Shown here one piece after another: positions 39,920 through 52,075 of a DNA stretch of 64,000 nucleotides. A program made the translations under genes and the position numbers. The DNA lies in the NCBI GenBank assembly GCA_013239625.1, contig MU053758.1, forward strand, positions 930,001 to 994,000. Direction: 5' to 3'. How positions within the stretch are numbered: the stretch's first letter is position 1; every line of letters starts with the position of its first letter. Below the pieces are notes generated by a model. It was not told the origin of the DNA, made no database searches, and worked only from the letters and a program-made list of their open reading frames with translations. Source of the stretch: Lama guanicoe. Lineage: Eukaryota.

Positions 39920-40078
39920 ACATGACCCAGAACAAAGTCACTTAATCTTGCTAATCCTCAGTTCCCTCATCTGTAAAAACTGGGATAATTTCTATTCAGA
40001 GGGTGTTCTGATACTTACATTAGAGGATTTGTGTAAAGACGTGCCTGGCATCTAGGAAATGATTACTAATTATTATAT
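39920..40078 (+). mobile_element. MIR SINE
   Basis: aaagtcacttaatcttgctaatcctcagttccctcatctgtaaaaactgggataat...gtgcctggcatctagg. Confidence 0.75.
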
Positions 40079-40618
40079 TCCCCTTTTCCATTAACAATAA
40101 AGTAAACTTTGCGGGTCAATGTTAGCTACATACTAGGAGTTCAATAAATTATTGGTGAATTGAGTGAAGAAAAAAGAAAGTAACCTGTCCTGCCAAGAAC
40201 TCTTCACAGAGATGTTTGAAAGCATAGAAGGTCCTTACTTGGAAATAAAAGGCCATCCAATGAAGGGCGTACATAGAAATGCTGTGTGCCTTTCCTGGTC
40301 TGAGAAATTTTGTCACAAAATTGATCAGTTGCTCAAGCTTCTTTGAGGAGAAGCCAGGGCCATGTATCCAAGCTCTGAAACAGTAGCCAATGGCACAGTC
40401 AGCAGGACCCCGCCGACCTCCCTTAACACATCCATCCATTCCTAAGCCCCATGCAGTTGTATGCCCACATAATGCAGAGTTCCAATTTGAGTCTTAAAAT
40501 ATATTAAAGGGAGATTTTAATAACGAAGCAGATCTGTGCATCCAGCGGATGTTCCTGTGTTCCTTTCGGGCCCAGATATTTCTGAACAGCATTTTCTGGA
40601 GCAGGGACCGAGCTCCCC

Positions 40619-40703
40619 TTCCGCCCGGTGCAGGGACGCAGCTCAGGCCACAGCGGGGTGTTTACCGCTCTTCAGTGGCTCCAGATTGTGGCGCTTGTGC
40701 AGG
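40619..40703 (+). ncRNA. MIR1203: Sequence orthologous to the human MIR1203 hairpin annotation; miRNA function doubtful
   Basis: ...GCAGCTCAGGCCACAGCGGGGTGTTTACCGCTCTTCAGTGGCTCCAGATTGTGGCGCTTGTGCAGG closely matches hsa-mir-1203 as recalled, which lies in a SKAP1 intron; the putative mature arm carries several substitutions. Confidence 0.6.
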
Positions 40704-43700
40704 TCTCCTCATACGTAACCGATGGCTCCTGAGAGCCTGCCTCCCGTAAATTACTTCCCACAGTGCCTGAGACCACCGCAGAATTCAAGTCTGAATAGAG
40801 CAGGAAAAAGGTATTTGAAAAGCCTGTTCACTCAGCTGCATTTTAATTTCCTTTTCAATCTTGTCCCAATTAATTTCACAGAATTAATCTCACAGAAGCA
40901 AACTCGGCAGCATTGAGGCTGTGGTTTTAGTGTGGCGGTCGCTCTGCCTGAACATGAAATAGGAGCTAATATAAAAATCCATCTGCTGTGTTTGAAATAC
41001 ACGCCGGCTGCTGCTCAGTCCTGTCTGACATTCCAAACATCAACAGCGGGGAAAAGTGATTTGGGGGTTAGTGGCCATCAGTACTTGGCAGGGATTCAAC
41101 AACAGGTGTACTCCAAAAATCCATTCAGCCTGGGCACCAGGCACGACAGGGCAGGTGCTGAATCACCCTCTGTGCAGTAACACTGAGCCCTGGCTTAGTT
41201 CCTTTTATCTGAGGATCATAGGCCCTTCTGTGGACCAGCACTGCTGTGGGCATTTATTATAAGTGGGAGAAAGGGAGGTAAGACATCTCTGTTTGGATAA
41301 GACAAGCCACAGGTTCCAGCTTTCAGGGAAGTGACTGTCTTCCTGGCTTAAAGCTCTCTCACTAGGGAAACTTTTTCTAAATAATAAAGGTGCTTGTTCT
41401 GCTATTAGAGATAAGTTAAATAAACGCCCATTTAAAAATTAAGCCTCCTGTCCCAGAAGTAATTTATAGTGGTAACATGAGCTGTCCAGGAGATAAGGGC
41501 GAATTAAAGAAAGAGAAGAGAAACTCTTTCTCAGTTGACTGGAAAGGAGAAAAGGTCCCTGAATGAAGTATTCCACTTAGGGTAAACCAAGTCAGTAGGC
41601 TCCATCTCTTGGGCTTCTGTTGTGCGCCTCGTGAGTTTGCCTTGGGCTCCTCCAAGTTTTGTCTAGCTACTTACTCCTGCGGAAGTCAGCCTTGGAGCCA
41701 CAAGCTGGGCACCACAGAAGGCTTATACTTATCTGGTGGCTTAGCTGGGGTGGGGAGACATTCTCACCACCCAAACACAGCACACCGTGCTTTGGTTGTC
41801 TTTTCTGCTGGTGCAGTTGATATGGAAACAGAGAGCCTAACAGGCAAAGTCAAGTTTCACATTGAACACATGATGCTGTCAGATAGCCAGGGGCCCTATG
41901 TGGATGAGGATGGACTGACTCCATCATTCCTGGGTGACATTAACTTCCGGCACTGGGTTGGAGCTACTTAAATTCAGGCTGAACCCTGGTTCCAAAGCCA
42001 GCTCCTACTTATCTGAATGCAACAGGCCTGTCCCGGCACACCTGCACTATGTTAACATAACACCATGTCTGCTATAATGAGCTTTTTAAAGCCCAGTGTT
42101 CACCTAGTCCCTCAAAGGACTACTTAAAGAATGTAGCCTTTTCCCCTCCCTTGACCCCATCCTCTCCAAAAAAGATTTGTATGTTGTAAAAATTATCTGG
42201 ATGCAGCAGTACTTCCTCTTTTAAGTGTGCTTAGTTGAATGTGACAACAACCCTCATAAAAACAGATAAGTTAATTCCTTCAATTGCTTTAAATGAAGGA
42301 TTTTTTTTTTTTTTTTAAATTTCAGGGCTCTGAGGGAAAGGAGGTGTTTGGTGACATCTAGTGTCCATTTAGGACTTCCTCAGGCACCATTACCCTCTAC
42401 TCGGCTGAGTGGGGGATGGGCAGGGTAATTTGGGAGGTGATTCGGGGGTAGGAAGTGGGGAGAATACAGGCCTGGGGCACAGGCTGCCCAAACATTGTGA
42501 TGAAACTGATCAATGCCTGCCAAAGAGCTATCATTCACCTCTGACCTAACCAGAGGGGGCGGTGAGGGGGGCACCGTCGGAAAATATCTTTTCTTATTTA
42601 TGATGATACAAAAGAGAAGCAGAATCTGTCCCCATCACCCCATTTCATGTTAACAAGCAGGTCAACACTGTGCCGTGATGACGAAGATGATGATGGTGGT
42701 GGTGTTTTCTCTCATTAATAACCCCTGTGGGAGGCCACAGAGTTAGGAGGATGGGAATGGGATTTGGGGTCAGCTGGAAGGCAACGGTCATACACCGGTC
42801 AAATTCAGTAGAGGCCATTCCTTTCCCCCAGACAGGAACCAATCGTCTAGAACAAACCCTGGCAGCCTCATTCCTTCCAGGTAATTTTTATAAATGAAGG
42901 GACACCCATTCCAAGAGAGGACAAAAGGGAGAGGGGTGTTTGTGCGTGTGTGTGTGCATATGCGTGCATTTGAACCTGCTAACAAGAGGCCCAACTGCAT
43001 ATCAACCCTATCCTCTAAACCCTGGCCATCTATTATAAAAACCCATTGAAAAAAAAAAGAATAAAGCTGGCATTTTCCACTTTAATCTTACTTCTGAACT
43101 GTTGTTCTGGATAGGACCCTTCACTTTGTACACGCACACGCACACACACACGTACACATACCTCAGTCAGGTGGAAAGTCCCAGATCAGATAATTAACCA
43201 TAAGACCCAGACAGAAATGTTTACCTAGAACCACATAAGCCATAGCAGGGTTAGCTTAATACTCAGAATCGCCCGGTGCTTTGCAAACTCCAGTGTAAAA
43301 AATTCCAGCCATTTATTTTGCTGTGAATTTATAACAAATGCTGTTAAAGTCTTCGTCTTTTGACAGAGGTAATAATAAATTCACTGTTAAAGACGGTAGT
43401 TTAATTCCTTATACCTCCAATACTGCACAGAATAAACCATATTCATCACTGAGTAATTTTTTACCACATAAATCTTTAAAACTAACCGGTGAAGGCTGTT
43501 GAGACTGAAATATTGTGAATTTATTAGATATGCCCATGTAGTATTGGATTCAGAGGTTTCCATTCGAATATATTATGGGGAAAATTTGTGTCTTTAACTG
43601 TGACATTCCCTCCATTTCCCACTGCCAGTATTATAACAAGCAGCTCCTCCAGAGTCAACTGCACGTTTATTAGACAGAGATTTAGTAATAAACTCCTCAC

Positions 43701-46700
43701 TAATCTGCCAAAGAGGCTGGATGACATTTCGGTGAGATGCTCTATTTAAAAGGAGTCACAAAAGCTTTGTTTCCGTGTAATTATTTTCTCAAAAGGAACT
43801 CAGCCTTCCCAACCTCTGTCTGCCAGCGTTTCTTGGTAGTATATGGATCCGGCTCTCCAACCAAACTAGCAAAATGTTGAAGTAAATTATAACCTCGTTG
43901 CAAATATACCGGGCAGTAACTTCTATGCAGTTTATAGGGTTAGTTATGGGGGGCTTGGGGTAATTGTTTAGAACACAAAAAAAGCTGGAATTAATAGACA
44001 TTGCCGAACGTGTGGTATTTAAGGCTAATAAAAAGATTGTATTGATTCTCAAACTAGAAATAATACACAATGGTTTCAGAAAACTTGCTATTTAAAAACT
44101 TGCATCTTGACAATATGACACATTGAAGATACAATTAAATCCTCAGGTTTGAATAAAAATCCTTTTACTCTACCGTATAAATTTTGAGTGAAAATCTGTG
44201 CCTGTTAGATGAGAATATTCTGAACCTTTCTCATGATTTGCTAGTGAAGTGACATTTAAACGGACCAATTGATTATATCAGACTGTAATGCCCTCTCCAG
44301 TTTCATTAAGGAAACATTAATATTGCTAGAATGAAAAATATTTTTTCTTTTAGATGCAGAAATGTGCATCATCTTTTCAGCAAAAAGCTTCGGCGGTTTC
44401 TCTGTTCCCTCTAATATTCTGTATTTGGCAAGAGTTCCAGAACTGAAAACGTCCAAGGAGGACTATGAACTTTGAGATTTTTTTAGTAAAATAAAAGAAA
44501 GTAAAACGTGTTTCTAACTGTAAAACAAAGGAGAAAAATCCCCTGGCAGTGCAAGACTGCAGCCCATCAGCGTAATTGTTAAAAGACAGAACCCGGCTAG
44601 AAAGATAAGCGTAATACCAGCGATTAATATTCAGCATTTCACATTATAGTCAGGAGGATGTGTTTTCCTTTGTGATGTGGCTCATAAGCTAAGAGTGTTG
44701 GGAGCCAGACTCTGAGCTCTGTCTTCTTTTTGTGCATGAGGATTAAGGAGAAAAAAAACAGCGACAACAATCCGGCTCCATCTGTAAATGAACAAACATC
44801 TTGATTTTATAGCTATTTGCTTTGTAAAACTGAGGAATGAAACAAAAATTACTGGATGCCTAAGTAACACTTTAATTCCGAATTCATTTACGCTGTAGCT
44901 GTGTAGTTGTCACAAACCATAATGCAGTATTTAATTAAAATAACAGAAGTGCATCTAGATATGTCCTGGGGTAGCTATCACCAAATTATAGTCTATGTCA
45001 TCTGTATTTTATTTATGAAATGGCAGAGTCTAAGGTGCAACTAGGCTGATACAAAAGCATAAACATTTTAAACCTGTATTTTTATAAAGACTCTTTTTCT
45101 TTACTGCTACGTCTTTAAATTTTTTTCCTCCTTTCGTCTTTCAGGGGTTTTTCAGTGGGATTGTTTTTGATGTCGGTAAAGATCTCTCTAACTCTTGCTT
45201 TTCAACTATTGACCTCCCGCGTCTTCTGGCAGTGAAATCCCCAATCTGTTGTCATGGAAAGGCTTGTGAGGTTTCACAGGAGCCACAGCAAGCACGGGAC
45301 ATCTTAGCGGAACTTGGACGTGGATTTCAAGAGGGTAGGGGAAAAGCAAACCCTTTTCAGTCTCCGTGTGTTTGTTCGTATACAATTTTCCTTGCACTTT
45401 TCTTTCCACCTATAAATACCCGTTATAGTTTACACGCTTGCTTGCTCTACTTTGTGGATGTTCACATACAGACATACTGCTCCTTTTCATAAACGCATAG
45501 CATCTATCTTACACGCACCCACCATCTATCTCCTCGTTCACATTGGCTGTCCCATCCACCTCCTTGTCTGCAGAATTATGTTCAGCAAGGTCCCGATTTA
45601 TAGGAAATAAATAATGAAAATGGAACAGACTGGGAAAGATAATCGAAACATTCAAATTGTTATTTTTCACTGTACTTTCCACAGAGTATCTGTAAACACC
45701 TAGCAAAGGTGTTCACTGATTCCTAAAAAGCAATGCCTATTGGAACGTTCTGACCCAGTGGGTCTCTACATTGTATCTTTCCGGCTCTGTCTTGCTTTTT
45801 GAAGCTCCAAGATCTCGCTATTTTTAAATGGCAAATGATGCCATGTTACTATTTTCATTCTTTATACTTCTTATTTATCCTGTTTATAATAACAAGTTTT
45901 GTCATCATTTATCCTAAGAATTATAAAACAAAAACAATAACTGCAATCACCTTTTTAAAGAAAACAGCTCTTGCAATGACTGTATAAAGATATTTGATAA
46001 TGGTAGCATCAGACCACAGCCGGTTCCTGTGGACCACAGCAAGCGTCTTTTGGAGAAGGGATTCTTATACACACTTGTAATTATTTTAGCCCCTTTCACA
46101 GGTCACATAGAAAGTTAATTTCAATCGCTGCTAATTTCCGTCCAACAAGAGTGCGGTACTTTAAACCACCCAAAATAATTGGATTCAAAACAAATTTAGG
46201 AAATTGAGTGTGTTAGAAAGCAAATAAAAATATCCTTTTGGTAAGGAGGAGGGTGAAAGTAGTAAAAATGGGCTTTTTTTTCTCCCTTCTTTCCCCTTCA
46301 CAACTTTGCCATTAAAGTTGCACCTACAGCTAGAAGTTTGTCCGTGAAAAATGGTCATTTTGTTTCTCTGCTCAAAGAATGTTATTAAAATGCTAATTTA
46401 AAAGAAAAAGGAGTTAAATATCTAGCGATGGTGCATTCTAATTGCAACCATAATGAGCTCTCTAAATGTGCGTGCCCCTGACACACACAGAGCATAAACA
46501 GCAGTAAACAGATCATTAGTACCCGCGTTCATTTATTCTGGCGACCTTACCATGACCCCACCGAGGGTAGGGTGAAAAGCAGGTGGATCTGGCTGTGACA
46601 CCCCCTAGAGGGATCCAGGAAATGAAGCTATAAGCGGTTGTCATGGAAACGCCTATGTGTGCAGATGATGTAACACACCGACAAGCTGTAGGCTCCGCAA

Positions 46701-49418
46701 CTGGGACGTTGCCTTTCCCTCGCCGGAACAATCTTGCGGATTAAATTATTCATTTCTTTAATTCACATAGCAAAAGGAATCCTAATTTTCTTGGTGATAC
46801 GCAACTCTCCTCCATTTCTCTTAGGTCTGGAGCATAGTGACTTGTTATCCCCTCTTTCTCTGAAACCTACCCCAGCTTCCTACATCGTAGCCCCAAATCA
46901 CTGAATCTGGCAAAATCAAGTAGGGGAAAGGCAGCAGAAGTCTGATGCTCAACATCTGTACTTAAAGAGACAAAATCTAAGAATTTAAGCTAAAATTAAT
47001 GATATAGACAGTGTCCCTTTCTGATGAGGGTGTGGTGACCAGGGACTAAATGTATACCTGTCCTGAACAAGATGGCTTTGTTTGGAGCAGGGTAGGGTCA
47101 AACTGATACCTGATGCAGAGAACGTAAAGCACAGAGACACCAGCCCCAAATGAACACATCACCCAACAAGGTGCAGGGATAAGAGGAAAAAAGATAAGAG
47201 AAAACGAGCATCTGCTCACCCTCTCCCATGTCCAATTGAGAGGATTGAGATTAATAAAAATAATTCTTTGGAGAATGATTCCACTCTATCCTACCCTGTT
47301 TTGCACCAAACAACCTCAATAACCTTACGGCAACAGTAGAATAACTTTTCTTCTTTTTTTAAAGGAAACAAAAAAGATGATCTCTGGAAATTATTTTAAA
47401 ATAAAAAATACCCTGGCCTGTGCCGCCCCCCAAACCCCCCCCCGTTGCACTTTAGATGAACCTGTGATATTGTAGCAATGGCCCTTGAAGTGCAGTGGGG
47501 AGGTGATTTAGGAGAATATTAAAGGCAATGTGGAGATTCAAGGCGCCTCTCTCAGGGAGATCTGGAGAAATACGCAGCACAGATGGGCCGAGCAGATTAA
47601 ACATTTCCGTCACATTGTTTCCAAATTGTGTTGTGGTGCCTGAGGCTGGTACTGCGGTCAGAGCAAAACAGAGCGGTGCAGAGCTGCGAGCTGCTCAGTT
47701 TATGGAATACATATTAATACGCCGGTCTCACATGGTATCACAATTCTATCAGCTCCGGAATGGTGCTGTCTCTATTGTTCCTGAATTCTGCATTGGCACC
47801 TTGCTTTCTCCTGTCTGCAAAGTGTTTACCCTCCCTTTATCCTCTGTCTCTTCTTTAGGCAAAGTTCAGGTTGTGTGTTTCTTTCTCGTTTCTCTTCTCC
47901 GCACAGCCCCATTTCACCTTTTTTTTGGCTCACACTTCCGTCACCAACGATGTCCAGTTTGTGCACAGGTCCCGTACCCCTCCCTGGCCTTGACTTGGTC
48001 ATTATCCACTCACACCCAGTGCAGGTCATCAGTTCAGACTTGAGGCGAACAGTGCCTTGCACTCAAGGGCTCTCACACCCTCCATCTAGCTGACACGTTT
48101 CTCCTCTCCTCAGAACTCTCAGCTCTAGCCAGGGGTGAGCTTTGTGAAGTTATTGCCATGTGCCACCCCCCCCAACCGCTGTTGTTGACCCCCAGCCCTT
48201 CCATGTCCTTTTCTTAGATTCACATGCCTCCCTGCCCCGCTCCCCCAGATCCAGGCTCATCAGCCTCCAAGTTAGCAAGTTCCCTGAAATGTTAACAATT
48301 AATAAAACTGGTTCAATTGAGGCCAATTTAATGGTTCATTTTTATTATAATTTATAGACCAAAACTCCAAATAATGGAAAAAAAGAAAATGACTGCCAAG
48401 AACTTAAAACACGACGTGAAACAACCTGGAGAGGCCGCCAAGCATTGTGCTCTGATCCTTTCACGGGTTCCAACAGCACTAATCCACTGTCCGCCCAACT
48501 GACCACTTCCTTTCTCCTTCAGCAAAATCTCTTCATAAAACCATTTGTCCTGAAAAACGGGCACCTGTTTGTGGTGACCAATTCCTGTTCCCAGCCTTGT
48601 TTTTCTCAGCAGTTGGAAGTGGGCTGAGTTAGAGCCCTCAGTTTACTCAATAACTTTTGATAGCCTGAGAAAGCATTACATTTCCAAAGCTGGATTTTAG
48701 TAGAGAAATTGTAGGTCAATCCAGAGTAAAAATATATTGTTTTTGGCTGGCCTTGGAATATTACCATCTACTCTGCTTAGGAATTCAAATTTTCCATCTT
48801 TACTAATGATAATGTATGATGCACAAGCACTAATAAGAGAAATAAGCAATCATAAACCAATAATTCTGTGATTGATTGGCCTTTCCCATACATATATCAA
48901 GCATTTATTGATCTTTCATGTTAGGGGCTGATTGATTGCTCTCTTGAAGGGGAATTCTCTTGTTTACAGGCATTGATATAGTGAAGTTTGATAGTTAAAA
49001 GAACAAAAGTATGAGACATTTTCTGGGAATCTTGTTCCACGGAGGCTTATTGGAGCCCAGTTCAAAGTGAAAAGAGAACGTTTCCATCAGGAACATTCTC
49101 AGGGGAACTGACAATGAGGTGTCAAGCAGCTTGCTCCAAAAGCCATCACGTAGATTTGATTGGAAGCTCTGAGGAAACAACACAACTTTTGAGTAACAGT
49201 TTAAAGAGATGGGTCCTTAGAAGGGATAAGCAAGTCTGGTCAGCCCTGGAGGAAGGAAGAGACTCGGCAGCTGGGGGCCGAAGCCTAGGAGACCCAGCAT
49301 GGCAGGATTCTTGGTTTGCTTTCACTATATGTAAAAGGGGCCGGGGGTTGGGGTGGAGATGGCCACACTTGGCCAAAGTGCAGATCCAGGCCATAAAGAT
49401 CATTGTATTTTCCCCCTA

Positions 49419-49611
49419 AAGTGCTGGTTGGTAAACTGTAGGGGGTTCATAAACCCTTTGAGAATCTGATGAAAGGTCTGAGCCTCACCCCAAGGACAGA
49501 CACATGTACCCATGTGCACAAATTTACACCAGTTTCAAAGAGTTCAAAGATCCCTTCATGTCCATCCACAGACGGGCCAGGGGTTCAGAGTCTCCAGTTT
49601 AAGATTCTGTG
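49419..49611. mobile_element. MER103C-like hAT-Charlie DNA transposon
   Basis: accctttgagaatctgatgaaag...cacaaatttacaccagtttcaaagagttca...ccatccac...cagtttaaga matches the recalled MER103C consensus. Confidence 0.7.
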
Positions 49612-52075
49612 CCCTAGAGGATGGTGATTTCCTTTTGTTGGAACAGCCTAGGATTCACTGAGCCTAGAAATTGAATTCTCATCCCAAGACGGGATGGTCA
49701 TTCCAGGTCATGTCTGTGCTACTCCAGGGGAGCCATGGAAGAGCTTATACAAATAGGAACCAGCAGGGAGGAGAGAAATTAAAATGTAGCAATCATGGAG
49801 TAGGGGTATTTAATCTCTTTTAAGGCTTATGATAGGCGCCTGCTGGCTTTCCCCCTGATATCCCCTGACACCTACTGACAGGGTATTTGCAGCACCACAC
49901 AGGGACTCAGGGCCCTGTGACAGGAGGAGCACTGAGGAGGTCCATGATAGTCTTGAAACCATAAACAGCAATAGGAAGCCACTGGAGGCAGCGTCACGCT
50001 GTGCAATGTGCCCGTGCTTGGTGGCCATACTGCTTTTTGTTTATAGAATTTGCTGTTCTTTTTATGGCAGGTTTGGTATGGGGTTTTTTGTTGGGTTTTT
50101 TTTTTTTCCTTGCTGATGGAGATTAGCAGCATAAATCCTTTTATGGCCGTGTTCAATCCCCCATAAACACTTTTGATTGTTGCTGATGGTGAGTGCTGTG
50201 TCTGTTTCAGGTTCCCTCAATACTCTGCTCATCCAGGCCAACAGCATCTCCAACCAGATAACGGAGTCCAAATAACCAACCTTCGTTTTTAAGACTCCGT
50301 TTGAGGGTTCAAGGAGGAAGGGCAGGTTTGGTGTTGAGAAAAGCGATGTTTAATCAAGCCTAGAAATATTTATAATGAGGACAAATCACACATTGTACTA
50401 TTTTTGAGTGAAAGACTTCTTACAAGACTTTGTGGCAAGAAGCAAGCACTTATGTAAAGGGTTTGGGGTTTTTTTAAATAACTTTTTATTACAGTTATTA
50501 AAGCATCTTCAATTAACAATTTTGTATAATTACCATCTTATAGAGAAATGGGGAGCCTGTATAATTCTGATTCCCTAACAAATTTCACTTACAGGTGTGC
50601 ATCCCCACCCAAAAGGTAGAAACACTCCCGCACTTTCAGGGTTTCAGTTCTCCTGGGAGCGTCTCAGGCATTTTTCCTGTGGATCCTTCCAAACATTTGG
50701 GCAAAAAGAAGTCAAACTTTACTGAAAATGTTGATCCCAGGAATTCAGTTCTCTGCCATCCCAAAACTAAAATCCAAGAATCAGCAACTTAATAAAAATG
50801 CAGTAAATTAGCACCTCTAGACAAGAGCAGAGTTCATTCAGAGCTGGGGTCTGCCTGGCTGAGCCAGTACTCTCTCCATTTTAATAGTTTAATAAAAATT
50901 AGCATAATTAACGAACATCTGTATGATCCAGAGTGGTGCAATTTGGCACTTGGAAACGAGGGCTTAAACATGATTGCTGTGAGTTTAATGTTGTTTTAAT
51001 TCTTTTTGGCACTGTGCAGTGAAATAAACGTTTGGTGGTGATAGTTCTCGGCCGGATCTCATTTGCATTTTTCTCCCTTTGATTATGAGCAATTGTGGAC
51101 TCCCCAGCAATTCATCAAAGTAGAAATTATTTTAAAATACCTCGTGGTGTTCAGACTGGGCTGGAGCAATGCATGGGGGGTGAGAGGGAAAGAGAAGGCT
51201 AGAAATTTTCCATTCATGTTTTTAACATCTCAGCCCTGCAGCCTTTTTTGAGCATCCAGCCAAGGGATGAAATCTGGAAAGACAGTCAGATGCCTAGACC
51301 TGTAGGTGCTTTGATTAAGCTCTTGGGCTACCCCAGCAGGATACATCCTGTGGTCTCCGAGACTGTACCATCTTCCTTACTCCTGCTCTTTTGTTTTGAA
51401 GGGCAGAGAGTTGATTTCCCTCATTCCGGTTCTCACCGCTGCGGTGAGCCGACTGCATCTGCAACCGGCAGGGTCAGTGTTCCCCTCCAGCAAGAGCGCG
51501 CTGACTGGGAGCCCGGCCTTTGCAGGTGTCCTGCTGTGCCTCATCTGCTTCTTATTTGCACCGTCTTCGAGTTGGCAGAGCACCTTCCCCAGGCTCGGTC
51601 CCTGCTCCTGGCGTTACAGCTAAAGGGGGATGCTGCCAAGTGTGAGTCGGAGCAGGAAGTCTTGAGCGGTCCCTAGGGAGAGAACACCCTGTCTGAGCCC
51701 CTCAGGTGATGAAGATGACAGCATCTGGCAGGTGGAAGACCACACTTCACACACGTTGAGGCAAGCTGACTTCGAGCTAAAGACTGTCAGACAACATTGT
51801 GCCCACCCTCTGCCAGCGAAATGGCAGAAGAGCTAAAACTAGAGTTTTTAAGAGCCAGAGTGAGAGAGGAAGGCAGAGTATGCGTTTCCCCAGCACAGCG
51901 AGGCTCTGTAGACACGGCCGTTGCAGCGACCTACTAATGCAGGGCAACACTGCAAGAAAACTTCAGGCAGAAACTGCCCTAACATCAGTGCTGGGAAATG
52001 GACAGTAATGTGACTTGGACCAGGAGCAGCTTTGAAATGTCCCGACAGGCACAGGCTGAGGAATTCTGGGTAATC

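Noticed and set aside
45411..45418. TATAAATA as an intronic promoter
   Set aside because: A single TATA match in AT-rich DNA with no supporting initiator or downstream exon; not supportable alone.
47528..48043. Longest ORF in the track (171 aa)
   Set aside because: No recognisable family and no poly(A)/TSD signature of a retrocopy; treated as chance unless conservation or ribosome profiling shows otherwise.
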